A DNA stretch of 64,000 bases from an uncultured Gemmatimonadales bacterium (GTDB taxonomy: Bacteria; Gemmatimonadota; Gemmatimonadetes; Gemmatimonadales; GWC2-71-9), in NCBI GenBank assembly GCA_963825055.1, contig CAWGSK010000003.1, positions 39,060-103,059 of the forward strand, given 5' to 3'. The stretch's first letter is position 1; every line of letters begins with the position of its first letter. The notes below the pieces were generated by a model, which saw only the letters and a list, made by a program, of their open reading frames with translations, did no database searches and had not been told where the DNA came from. Below are positions 48,042 to 57,161 of the stretch, piece by piece. The translations under genes and the position numbers were made by a program.

Positions 48042-50501
48042 ATGACGGACGCACTGCCGCTCTACGAGAAACTGGGCAGCTTCTACCTCGGCCGGCTCTA
48101 CGATACGGTCGCCCGGGCGCCGGGAGAAGGCACCGTGCTCTATGATGCCCGGGACCTGACCACGCACGCGGTGTGCGTCGGCATGACGGGAAGTGGCAAG
48201 ACCGGACTGGGGATCAGCCTGATCGAGGAAGCGGCCATCGACGGGATACCCGTCATCGTCATCGATCCCAAGGGCGACCTCGGCAACCTGATGCTCACCT
48301 TCCCCGATCTGCGGCCCGCGGACTTCCGGCCCTGGATCGACGAAGGTGAAGCGGCGCGGCGTGACCTGACCCCCGACGCGTGGGCCGAAGCCACCGCGAA
48401 ACAGTGGCGCGAGGGGCTGGCGGCCTGGGACCAGGATGGGGCCCGGATCGCGCGCTTTGCGGAGGCAGCCGAGCGCACCATCTACACGCCGGGCAGCACG
48501 GCCGGACTGCCGCTTTCGATTCTCCGGAGCTTTGCAGCGCCCCCGGCGGCACAGCGTGACGATGCGGAGGCCCGCCAGGATCGCGTGGCGGCGGCCGTTT
48601 CGGGCCTCCTGGGGCTCCTCGGCGTGGATGCCGACCCGCTCAAGAGCCGGGAGCATATCCTGCTCGCCACGATCCTCGACAGGAAATGGCAGGCTGGTGA
48701 GGACCTGGACCTGGCCGACCTCATCCGGGAGGTCCAGCAACCCTCGTTCGACCGGGTCGGCGTGATGGACCTCGAATCATTCTACCCGTCGCGCGATCGT
48801 GCTGCGCTGGCCATGCGGCTCAACAATCTCCTCGCCTCGCCGGGATTCGCGGCGTGGATGGAGGGTGAACCGCTCGACATCCAGCGGCTGCTCTGGACGC
48901 CCGAAGGCCGGCCCCGCATATCGATCATCTCGATCGCGCACCTGACCGACGCCGAGCGCATGTTCTTCGTCACGCTGCTGTTGAGCGAGATCGTCGCCTG
49001 GATGCGCGGGCAGGCCGGGACGGCCAGCCTGCGGGCCCTGCTCTACATGGACGAGATCTTCGGGTACTTCCCGCCGAGCGCCGTACCCCCGTCCAAGCTC
49101 CCGATGCTCACCTTGCTCAAACAGGCGCGGGCGTACGGGCTCGGGGTCGTGCTGGCCACCCAGAACCCGGTCGACCTGGACTACAAGGGGCTCTCGAACA
49201 CCGGGACCTGGTTCATCGGACGCCTGCAGACGGAACGCGACAAGCTGCGCGTGCTTGACGGCCTTGAAAGCGCGGGAGCCGGCGGCATGGACCGCGCGGC
49301 CTTCGACCGCATTCTGTCCGGGCTCGACAAGCGGGTGTTCCTCATGCACAACGTGCATGAGGACGCGCCGGCCCTGCTGCATACCCGGTGGGCGCTCTCC
49401 TACCTGCGCGGACCACTCACGCGGCGGGAAATCGAAACCCTGATGGCGGGCCGGCAGGTTCGACTGCCGGCCCGGCAGGCATCCCCCGCCTCGCTCGAGA
49501 CCACCGCGGAGGCGCCTGACCGTGGTGGTGAACGGCCGGCACTACCAGCGGAGGTCCGTCAGCGCTTTGTCGCGCCGGCCGATGGCGCCACGGGCCCGAT
49601 CCGATACCAGCCGGCCCTCATGGGAGAGGCGGACCTGCACTTCGTGGACCGCCGGAGCGACGTGGACTGCTGGGAGCACCGCCAGCGCCTTGTGCCGCTC
49701 GAGGGCCGTGTGCCGGCGGACGTCTGGGAGTCAGGTGAAGACCTTCCGGATGCAGCACTCACCCTGGCGGACATGCCCGTCGGAGGGGCGGACTTCGGCT
49801 CGCTCCCGGCGACGGCGCTTCGCGCAGCCAGTTATGGGACGTGGGCGAAGAAACTCCAGACCTGGATGTACCAGAACGGCGAGATCACCCTCCTCGAGGC
49901 CCCGGACGTGAAACTGGTGTCGGCGGTGGGTGAGTCGGAGGGTGACTTCCGGGTGCGGGTGCGCGAGGCAGGGCGGGAGCGCCGGGACAGGGAGGTGGAG
50001 AAGCTCCGGGCCCGGTACGCTCCGAAGGTGCGCCGCCTTGAGGATCAGATCCGTCGGGCCCGCCAGAAGGTTGATCGCGAAGAGTCGCAGTTCCGCCAGG
50101 CCGGCGCACAGTCGGCCATCTCTGTCGGCGCCACGGTCCTGGGCGCGCTCTTTGGGCGAAAGGTCACCAGCGTCGGCAACATCGGACGCGCCACGACTGC
50201 CATGCGCGGCATGAGCCGCGCGGGCCGGGAGAAGGGTGACGTCGCCCGGGCGCGCGAGGAGCTGGCCGCGCTGGAGACGCGCATGCAGGATCTGGATGCG
50301 GAAGCACGCGCCGCCGCGGCCGACGTGGAGGAGGCCGGCGAGGCGAGCATCGGGCCGCGCCCCGTCTCGCCCCGGAAGTCCGACATCGCCGCTTCCGTCA
50401 CGCTGCTCTGGCTCCCCTGGCGGGTTAGTGCCGAGGGTAGCCGGCCTGCGTGGCGCTCAATTGCGACACAGGTCACGGAAGGCGTGGCGTCGTCCCGCTA
50501 G
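48042..50501 (+). CDS. HerA/FtsK-superfamily ATPase (DUF87-like) with C-terminal coiled coil
   Basis: THAVCVGMTGSGKT, IDPKGD, LYMDE, KQARAYGLGVVLATQNP. Confidence 0.88.
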   Translation: MTDALPLYEKLGSFYLGRLYDTVARAPGEGTVLYDARDLTTHAVCVGMTGSGKTGLGISLIEEAAIDGIPVIVIDPKGDLGNLMLTFPDLRPADFRPWIDEGEAARRDLTPDAWAEATAKQWREGLAAWDQDGARIARFAEAAERTIYTPGSTAGLPLSILRSFAAPPAAQRDDAEARQDRVAAAVSGLLGLLGVDADPLKSREHILLATILDRKWQAGEDLDLADLIREVQQPSFDRVGVMDLESFYPSRDRAALAMRLNNLLASPGFAAWMEGEPLDIQRLLWTPEGRPRISIISIAHLTDAERMFFVTLLLSEIVAWMRGQAGTASLRALLYMDEIFGYFPPSAVPPSKLPMLTLLKQARAYGLGVVLATQNPVDLDYKGLSNTGTWFIGRLQTERDKLRVLDGLESAGAGGMDRAAFDRILSGLDKRVFLMHNVHEDAPALLHTRWALSYLRGPLTRREIETLMAGRQVRLPARQASPASLETTAEAPDRGGERPALPAEVRQRFVAPADGATGPIRYQPALMGEADLHFVDRRSDVDCWEHRQRLVPLEGRVPADVWESGEDLPDAALTLADMPVGGADFGSLPATALRAASYGTWAKKLQTWMYQNGEITLLEAPDVKLVSAVGESEGDFRVRVREAGRERRDREVEKLRARYAPKVRRLEDQIRRARQKVDREESQFRQAGAQSAISVGATVLGALFGRKVTSVGNIGRATTAMRGMSRAGREKGDVARAREELAALETRMQDLDAEARAAAADVEEAGEASIGPRPVSPRKSDIAASVTLLWLPWRVSAEGSRPAWRSIATQVTEGVASSR

Positions 50502-50527
50502 ACTGGGGCTTGGAGGAGGAAAACGAC

Positions 50528-50866
50528 ATGGGAGACACGTCGATCAAGAAAGTGCAGTCTGCGCACTCACCCCGCGGTCCAGGCGGCCAGCGATACCTGG
50601 CCAGCGGGACCGGCCTCGCCATGAGGCTCTGGGACGGAGAGGAGGCACGGGACGACAAGCTGAGTCACTCCCGTGCTTACGAGACAGTCGGGTACGTGAT
50701 CGCGGGAAAGGCCGAGTTGTACCTCGAGGGACAGATGGTCCTGCTGGAGCCGGGTGACTCGTGGGTCGTGCCGAAGGACGCCGAGCACCGCTACCGCGTG
50801 CTCGAACGTTTCACCGCGGTCGAAGCTACCCACCCGCCGGCGCACGCGAAGGGCCGCGACACCTGA
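50528..50866 (+). CDS. Cupin-domain protein
   Basis: GGAGGAGG SD; H---YETVGYVIAG, PGDSWVVP--AEHRY. Confidence 0.85.
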   Translation: MGDTSIKKVQSAHSPRGPGGQRYLASGTGLAMRLWDGEEARDDKLSHSRAYETVGYVIAGKAELYLEGQMVLLEPGDSWVVPKDAEHRYRVLERFTAVEATHPPAHAKGRDT

Positions 50867-51087
50867 CACCCGTCCGCCGCGAGGTGCTGCGTCTCCTCGC
50901 AGCCGTTGTCATCGTGGAGATCGGGGCGGCGCTTGTCTACTCGCTGGCGCGCGTAGGTGAGGCGCCGCCCGAGACCCGCCTGTGGTTCACCCTGGTGTGG
51001 ACCCTGGTCACGCTGACCGTGGTACTTACCAGCCTCCGTCGGATCCGCCTGACCCGCGCCTCGCGGCGCTCCCCACCGGGCCATTGA
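50863..51087 (+). CDS. Small two-TM protein (possible CTG start; alternative GTG 50884)
   Basis: TPVRREVLRLLAAVVIVEIGAALVYSL...WFTLVWTLVTLTVVLTSLRRIR. Confidence 0.6.
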   Translation: MTPVRREVLRLLAAVVIVEIGAALVYSLARVGEAPPETRLWFTLVWTLVTLTVVLTSLRRIRLTRASRRSPPGH

Positions 51088-51116
51088 CAGCCCCCTGGCT
51101 GGAGGAGTAGCACGCC

Positions 51117-52028
51117 ATGGCCGCCAGATCCACCGAGAGTGTCGCCGGCATCACGCTCAGCAACCCGCACCGGGTGCTCTATCCCGAACAGGGCGTCACC
51201 AAGCGGGGCCTGGCCGGGTACTACGAGGCGGTGGCCGACTGGATCCTGCCCCACGTGGCCGACCGGCCGCTTTCCCTGGTGCGCTGCCCCCGGGGAATGA
51301 CCGGGGAATGCTTCTACCAGAAACACGTGTCGGATTCGGTGCCGGACGCCATCCACGGCGTGGAAATCCGGGAAGAGAACGGCATTGGCGTCTACGTCAT
51401 GATCCGCGACCTGGCGGGCCTGATCGCCCTCGTCCAGCTCGGGGTGCTGGAGATGCATCCGTGGGGCGCGCGCGCCGACCGGATCGAGCGCCCGGACCGG
51501 CTCGTGATGGATCTGGACCCCGGGCCCGGCGTCACCTGGAAGACACTCCAGGAGGCGGCCGTGGAAATGCGAGGCGTCTTCGAGGAGCTGGGCCTCGAGA
51601 GCTGGCTCCGGACCTCGGGCGGCAAGGGTCTCCACGTGGTCGTCCCCTTCGAGCGCCGCACCTCCTGGGATGACCTCAAGGCCTTCACCGCCGGCATCTC
51701 GCGGCTGATGGAGCGCCGGAGCCCCTCGCGTTACGTCGCCACCATGAGCAAGGCAAAACGGCACGGGAAGATCTACGTCGACTACCTCCGTAACAGCCGC
51801 GGGGCCACCGCCGTGGCCTCCTACTCCACCCGGGCCCGCGCCGGTGCCCCGGTCGCCACGCCCCTCCGCTGGGATGAACTCTCACGCGTCGATGATCCTG
51901 CCGCGTTCAACGTGCGGTCCGTTCCCCGCCGACTGGCATCGCTCAAGGTGGACCCGTGGAACGGGTTCCTTGACGTCCGGCAGGTGATTACGAAGGGGAT
52001 GATGACGGCGGTGAGAAGCAAGAAGTGA
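51117..52028 (+). CDS. ligD: Stand-alone LigD polymerase (AEP primase-polymerase) domain protein
   Basis: SNPHRVLYP, RPLSLVRCP, FYQK, PDRLVMDLDP, TSGGKGLH, YVDYLRN; no ligase or PE domain. Confidence 0.88.
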   Translation: MAARSTESVAGITLSNPHRVLYPEQGVTKRGLAGYYEAVADWILPHVADRPLSLVRCPRGMTGECFYQKHVSDSVPDAIHGVEIREENGIGVYVMIRDLAGLIALVQLGVLEMHPWGARADRIERPDRLVMDLDPGPGVTWKTLQEAAVEMRGVFEELGLESWLRTSGGKGLHVVVPFERRTSWDDLKAFTAGISRLMERRSPSRYVATMSKAKRHGKIYVDYLRNSRGATAVASYSTRARAGAPVATPLRWDELSRVDDPAAFNVRSVPRRLASLKVDPWNGFLDVRQVITKGMMTAVRSKK

Positions 52029-52052
52029 ACGGTGAAAGGTGAAAGGTGAAGC
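52025..52052. repeat. Heptamer tandem repeat
   Basis: GTGAACG GTGAAAG GTGAAAG GTGAAGC, including the ligD stop. Confidence 0.8.
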
Positions 52053-52062
52053 GAAGGAATCG

Positions 52063-52550
52063 TGTCATCTCGAGCGCAGCGAGAGATCTCAAGGGCAGCC
52101 CGGTATCGAGAGCCAGGTACAATTGAGTACCCAACGGCACTTTTGGATGCCTAACATATTCGCCGACTGCCTCATGTTCACAGCGATCTTCAACGGGAAG
52201 AACGATGTTCGCCGTGTACATGATGGCCAGCCTGACCAGGACGCTCTACGTAGGGATGACGAGTGATCTCGTGCGCCGGGTCTGGCAGCACAGGACGGGC
52301 CTTGGCGCAGGCTTCAGCGCACGCTACCGGACACGAAAGCTGGTCTGGTATGAGCTATGCCCCCAGGCGCTGCCGATTATTGCCAGGGAAAAGGAAGTGA
52401 AGAGGTGGAGTCGCCGCAAGAAGATCGCCTTGATACAGTCCGCTAACCCGCATTGGATGGATCCGGCAAAGGAGTGGTTCGGGTAGAGCAGGGATTCCAC
52501 ACGATGGCAGGCTTGAGATCTCTCAGGGCCTTCGGCCCTTCGAGATGACA
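52063..52550. mobile_element. Putative REP-bounded GIY-YIG cassette
   Basis: Left TGTCATCTCGA-GCGCAGC-GAGAGATCTCAAG (52063-52093). The right end (52512-52550) reverse-complemented reads TGTCATCTCGA-AGGGCCGAAGGCCCT-GAGAGATCTCAAG. Interior looks less GC-rich. Confidence 0.6.
52205..52486 (+). CDS. Small GIY-YIG nuclease-family protein
   Basis: VYMM...LYVGMT-DL-RR--QH, LVWYE, AREKEVKRWSR-KK--LI---NP-W-D. Confidence 0.88.
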   Translation: MFAVYMMASLTRTLYVGMTSDLVRRVWQHRTGLGAGFSARYRTRKLVWYELCPQALPIIAREKEVKRWSRRKKIALIQSANPHWMDPAKEWFG

Positions 52551-52590
52551 GGTCATTTCTTCTGGTGAATCGCTCCGTTCCGAAACCTCC

Positions 52591-52680
52591 ACCCGACACC
52601 CGATTCCCGATCCCCCATACCCCATGCCCGGTCCCCTTGCCCATTCCGCCCCTCCGTCCCATCCTCCCATAGCCCCCTCC
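52591..52680. repeat. Pyrimidine-rich degenerate heptamer run
   Basis: ACCCGAC ACCCGAT TCCCGAT CCCCCAT ACCCCAT... Confidence 0.7.
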
Positions 52681-52693
52681 GGATCGGAAACCC

Positions 52694-53902
52694 ATGATCG
52701 ATTCCGAACGCATCTCGTCCAAGCTCCTCAAGTTCCGCCCCTCCCTCACCCTCGAACTCAAGCGCCTGGTCGGTGAACGCACCGCCCGCAACCTCCCGGT
52801 CTACGACTTCGGGCTGGGCGAGACAAAGGGCGAACTGGCCCCGCACGTACGGGACGCCGGGGTGCGTGCCTACCGCGAGGGGCAGACCATGTACGAGGAT
52901 CCGTCGGGCATTCCCGCCCTCCGCGCGGAGGTCCTGCGCTGGCTGGGCCTGGAAAAACATTACGATCCGTCGTCCGTGGTGATCACCGCCGGGGCCAAGC
53001 AGAGCCTCTTCAATATTTTCCTTGCTGTCTGCAACTCCGCCGACTGCGTCCTGTTCGATACGGCGCCGTGGGTCAGCTACCAGCCGCTCGCGGTCACGGC
53101 ATACGCTGTGCCCATCATGGTCCTCCCCTCCGCGGGCGACCGCAACTACCTCAAGGTCACCGCCGACGACCTGCGCCGGAACCTGCGCATGCGTCCGCAC
53201 GCGAAGCTCTTCCTGCTGAACAACCCGGTGAACCCCACAGCCCAGCTCTATTCGGCTGAGGAAATCGAGGCCCTGCTCCAGGTCTGCGTCGAGCACCGCA
53301 TCTATTTCGTCCTCGACCGCCTGTACTGGAAGATCGTCTTCGACGGTGGCGACTATCCGGAGCCGCGGCTCGACGAAGACACGCTCCCCTGGGTCATCCA
53401 GGTGGACGGGATCAGCAAGAACTTCCGCCGCACCGGCGGGCTTCGTATCGGCTGGTCGGTCGCACCGCCGGACCTCGCGCGCGCGATGGCCAACCTCCAG
53501 AGCCACTACACATCCGGTCCCGCCGTGCCGACGCAGTACAGCGCCCTCGCCGCGATCGCGGAGCCCTACGACATGGACCTGCGGGATGACCTCCAGGAGA
53601 AGCGCGACCTTCTCCAGCGCGAGGCCGTGGCGCTGCCCCACGTGAAGGTCTGGCCAACCCCGGCTTCGTTCTACTCGTTCTGGGACGTGCGTGGCCTGTT
53701 AGGAAAGACGACACCGGGCGGGGAGGTGCTGCGGAACTCGAATGACGTGATGGAGTACCTGATCCGTGAGGCCGGCGTGGTCACGGCTTCCGGTACCGGG
53801 TTCATGCAGGACGGCTACCTGCGCATCTCCTTCGCCACGCCGGATGACCAGATCGTCAACGGCATCCGCTCCGCCGCTTCGGCATTGTCCGCATTACGCT
53901 GA
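52694..53902 (+). CDS. Class I/II PLP-dependent aminotransferase (aspartate aminotransferase-like)
   Basis: TAGAKQSL, NNPVNPT, D--Y, ISKN...GLRIGW, YLRISFA. Confidence 0.9.
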   Translation: MIDSERISSKLLKFRPSLTLELKRLVGERTARNLPVYDFGLGETKGELAPHVRDAGVRAYREGQTMYEDPSGIPALRAEVLRWLGLEKHYDPSSVVITAGAKQSLFNIFLAVCNSADCVLFDTAPWVSYQPLAVTAYAVPIMVLPSAGDRNYLKVTADDLRRNLRMRPHAKLFLLNNPVNPTAQLYSAEEIEALLQVCVEHRIYFVLDRLYWKIVFDGGDYPEPRLDEDTLPWVIQVDGISKNFRRTGGLRIGWSVAPPDLARAMANLQSHYTSGPAVPTQYSALAAIAEPYDMDLRDDLQEKRDLLQREAVALPHVKVWPTPASFYSFWDVRGLLGKTTPGGEVLRNSNDVMEYLIREAGVVTASGTGFMQDGYLRISFATPDDQIVNGIRSAASALSALR

Positions 53903-53907
53903 AAGGC

Positions 53908-53946
53908 AAACCACAGAGGCGCGGGGGGGGCACGCCTCTGCGGTTT
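53908..53946 (-). terminator. Intrinsic terminator between convergent genes
   Basis: AAACCACAGAGGCGCG-G7-CACGCCTCTGCGGTTT; both mismatches become G-U pairs on the minus strand. Confidence 0.7.
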
Positions 53947-53968
53947 ACAGTTGCCGAAGCCAGCACCG

Positions 53969-55900
53969 TCAACGCGCCTGGTCAATTGCCTCGAGCGCCC
54001 CGGGATTCTGCAGGCTCGACAGGTCGCCCAGGTCCTTCTCCCCCAGGTAGCGCGCGCGCACCAGCCGCCGGAGGATCTTGGCACTCCGCGTACGCGGCAG
54101 GTCGGTGACGAACAGGACCCGCTCCGGACGATCCACCCGACCCAGCTGCAGCACCACTGCCTCGACGAGCTCCTTCCTGAGCTTTTCGTCCGGCCTCACG
54201 CCATCCCGGCACACCACGAAGCAGGCGATGCCTTCCCCCTTCACCGGGTGCGGCACCCCGACCGCCGCCGCTTCCCGCACCCGGCCCGTCGCCATCAGGG
54301 CGCCTTCCACTTCGGCGGGCCCGATCCGCCGCCCTGCCACCTTGAGCGTGTCGTCAGCCCGCCCCTCCAGGAACCAGTAGCCGTCCTCATCGATCCGCGC
54401 CCAGTCCCCGTGGTTCCAGACACCGTCCCACTTCGACCAGTATGCCTCGAGATAGCGCTCCGGGTCGTTCCACAAGCCGCGGGTCATGGAAGGCGCAGGC
54501 TTCGTCGCGACCAGATAGCCGACCTCCCCGCGCACCGGATGTCCTGCCTCGTCCCAGACGTCCACCGCCATGCCCAGTCCCGGCCCGACGAGCGTACATG
54601 GCTTGAGTGGATCGACCGGAAGGGGTGAAAGGAAGCAGCCCATGATGTCGGTGCCTCCGCTGATGTTGATAACCGGACAGCGGCCCTGCCCTACCCTGGT
54701 GAAGTACCACTCCCAGCTTTCCTCGTCCCAGGCCTCGCCGGTGCTGCCCAGGATCCTGAGTGCGGACAGGTCATGCGCTTCCGCGGGCTCGACCCCGGCA
54801 CGACGGGCAAGCCGCACGGCCGTGGGGGACAGGCCGAGCACGGAGATGCGCTGTCGCGCGACCATTTCCCACAGCCGGTCAGGTGCCGGCCAGTCGAAGG
54901 CCCCGTCGTAGAGCAGGATGGTCGCCCCGTGGAAGAGCCCCCCCAGGATGCTCCATGGGCCCATCATCCAGCCGATGTCGGTGAGCCAGAAGAACCGGTC
55001 GTCGCGCTTGAGGTCGAATGCGTATCCGGTTTCCTTCGCAACCTGGACCAGGGTACCCGCATGGCTGTGCACGGTGCCCTTGGGGCGGCCCGTGGTCCCG
55101 GAGGTGTAGAGGATGAGGAACGGGTCCATGCTGCCCATGGACTCGACTTCCGCCTCATCCCCCTGTTCCAGGAACCGGTCCCACATCACATCCCGCGGGG
55201 CCTGCCAGGCGATCTCCTCGTCGTGATAGCGGACGGTGACGACGTGACGGATGGAAGGCACGTCTGCCACCGCCAGGTCGGCATTCGGCTTGATCGGGCT
55301 CCACTTTCCCCGCCGATACGTCCCGTCGGCGGTGAAGAGCAGTACCGCGCCGGCATCCCGCAGTCGCTCGGCTGCGGCCGGTGGCGCGTACCCGCTGAAA
55401 ATGGGGATGAAGATGGCCCCCACGTGGGCGCACGCGAGCAGTTGGATCACCACATCCTCGGTCATGGGCATGTAGCCCGCGACCCGGTCGCCCCGATTCA
55501 CGCCGGCGGCACGCAGGCCGGCGGCGCACCGGCGCACCAGGGTGGCCAGTTCCCGCCAGCTCAGTTCGACGGCAAGCCCGTCCTCCCGCTCGCTCACCAC
55601 GCACGCCCGATCGGCCCCGGGGCCGTCGGCGTGCCGATAGAGGCAGTTCGTGACGACATTCAGCCTGCCCCCCACGAACCAGTCGGCCCATTCGGGGCCG
55701 CGGGACGCATCGAGCACCGTATGCCAGGGCTGGTCGAAGCGGATACCGAGGTCCTGCACCACCGCGTCCCAGAACCACTCCGGTTCCGCGGCCGATCGCT
55801 CCCGCGCGGCCCGGGCGTCCTCGAGGCCGTGCCGCCGCATGAACCGCGTCACGTTGGCCCCGTCAACCAGCTCCGGAGGTGGATGCCATCGGAAGGTCAT
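53969..55900 (-). CDS. Acetyl/acetoacetyl-CoA synthetase-like AMP-binding enzyme
   Basis: YTSGTTGRPKG, TDIGWMMG, STGE, HGD, GRADD, LPRTRSAKILRR. Start refined to ATG 55900. Confidence 0.92.
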   Translation of the reverse strand: MTFRWHPPPELVDGANVTRFMRRHGLEDARAARERSAAEPEWFWDAVVQDLGIRFDQPWHTVLDASRGPEWADWFVGGRLNVVTNCLYRHADGPGADRACVVSEREDGLAVELSWRELATLVRRCAAGLRAAGVNRGDRVAGYMPMTEDVVIQLLACAHVGAIFIPIFSGYAPPAAAERLRDAGAVLLFTADGTYRRGKWSPIKPNADLAVADVPSIRHVVTVRYHDEEIAWQAPRDVMWDRFLEQGDEAEVESMGSMDPFLILYTSGTTGRPKGTVHSHAGTLVQVAKETGYAFDLKRDDRFFWLTDIGWMMGPWSILGGLFHGATILLYDGAFDWPAPDRLWEMVARQRISVLGLSPTAVRLARRAGVEPAEAHDLSALRILGSTGEAWDEESWEWYFTRVGQGRCPVINISGGTDIMGCFLSPLPVDPLKPCTLVGPGLGMAVDVWDEAGHPVRGEVGYLVATKPAPSMTRGLWNDPERYLEAYWSKWDGVWNHGDWARIDEDGYWFLEGRADDTLKVAGRRIGPAEVEGALMATGRVREAAAVGVPHPVKGEGIACFVVCRDGVRPDEKLRKELVEAVVLQLGRVDRPERVLFVTDLPRTRSAKILRRLVRARYLGEKDLGDLSSLQNPGALEAIDQAR

Positions 55901-56023
55901 TTGAGGTCTCCAGCCGGGGGTGATTTTGAATAGTACAGCGATGGCGGCAGAGACGACTGCAAATTCCGACCGGCGCGACGGGCCGTCATTACTATTCGGC
56001 ATCCCTCATTCGAGGCCACGTTC

Positions 56024-56656
56024 ATGCTCCAGCGCCGACATTCGTTCGCGGTTCCCCTGTGGGGCATGGCCGGCGCCCTCGCCGCCGTGACGGCCTGCGC
56101 CGAACCGCCGGCCAGGGAGATCCATCCGGGGGAGAGCGTCGGGCCCATTACGGGCGAGACAACGCCGGAGGAACTGCGCCGCGCCTTCCCGCCCGGCACG
56201 GTCGCCTTCACGGACGTGGCCCTCGGCGAGGGGTTTACCCGCCCGGGCGCCGTCGTCTACCCGAACGACGAGATGCGTCGCCTCGAAGTGCTCTGGACCG
56301 ACACGCTGGAGGCTCCCCGGGCGGAAATGGTCGTGCTTCGCGGTGACTCCAGCGCATGGAGAACGGCTGACGGGCTCACACTGGGTACGACCCTCGCGGA
56401 GCTGGAGCGCCTGAACGGCGTCGCGTTCCGGCTCACCGGCTTCGGCTGGGATTACAGCGGCACGGTGGTGGACTGGAACGGTGGACGGCTTGCCCCGGAC
56501 AGCGGCGACTCGCACAAGCTCGTCGTCCGCCTCCTGCCGGACGACGCAGCCGACGTTCCCTCCCACCTGCTCGGTGACCGAGACTTTGCCTCCGACGATT
56601 CCGCCATGGCGGCGCTCGCGCCGCACGTGGCCGAGATCTACGTCCGGCTCCGCTGA
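56024..56656 (+). CDS. Hypothetical lipoprotein
   Basis: Lipobox VTAC; VGPIT, GTTLAELERLNG, GFGWDYSG. Confidence 0.75.
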   Translation: MLQRRHSFAVPLWGMAGALAAVTACAEPPAREIHPGESVGPITGETTPEELRRAFPPGTVAFTDVALGEGFTRPGAVVYPNDEMRRLEVLWTDTLEAPRAEMVVLRGDSSAWRTADGLTLGTTLAELERLNGVAFRLTGFGWDYSGTVVDWNGGRLAPDSGDSHKLVVRLLPDDAADVPSHLLGDRDFASDDSAMAALAPHVAEIYVRLR

Positions 56657-56657
56657 C

Positions 56658-57140
56658 ATGATGCCCACGTTCCGTTCGATGGCATGGCTCGTCCTGCTCG
56701 TCGGCTGTGGCCACCGCGACCCCGCGTCGCCAGTCCCGGTCCGCGAGAGCCCCGCGGTCGCCGACCTGGTCGCATCCCATCCCGACGCGACGCTGGCGCG
56801 TCCCGGGGAAAACGGCAGCCGCCTGCTGGCACGGATGCGGGAAGAGGAACCCGGATACGACCCTTACGTGCTCCGCGGCGACCTGACCCACGATGGCCGC
56901 CCGGACCTTGTCGTCGTCCTGCGCGAGGGCGAAGCCTGGTCGGTCTACTGGATGCGGGGAACGAAGGACGGATACGCCGAGCCACTCCCGCTGGGCGACC
57001 ACCAGCTCCTGGCGGAGGGCGGCCTCTTCATCAAGGACGGTGACCTGGGCATCGGGCGTTTCTACAGTGACGTCGCAACCTGGTACCGATGGAGTCCAGG
57101 AACCCGCAGGCTGGAGCCACACGACATCTCCCTGCCCTGA
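56658..57140 (+). CDS. Hypothetical lipoprotein with FG-GAP-like motif
   Basis: Lipobox LVGC; GDLTHDGRPDLVV. Confidence 0.72.
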   Translation: MMPTFRSMAWLVLLVGCGHRDPASPVPVRESPAVADLVASHPDATLARPGENGSRLLARMREEEPGYDPYVLRGDLTHDGRPDLVVVLREGEAWSVYWMRGTKDGYAEPLPLGDHQLLAEGGLFIKDGDLGIGRFYSDVATWYRWSPGTRRLEPHDISLP

Positions 57141-57161
57141 GGAGGGATCATCCCCGGGCCC

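Noticed and set aside
48042..50501. HerA-based anti-phage system (Sir2-HerA, NurA-HerA type)
   Set aside because: No adjacent Sir2, NurA or nuclease partner; codon usage looks native and the context is not a defence island.
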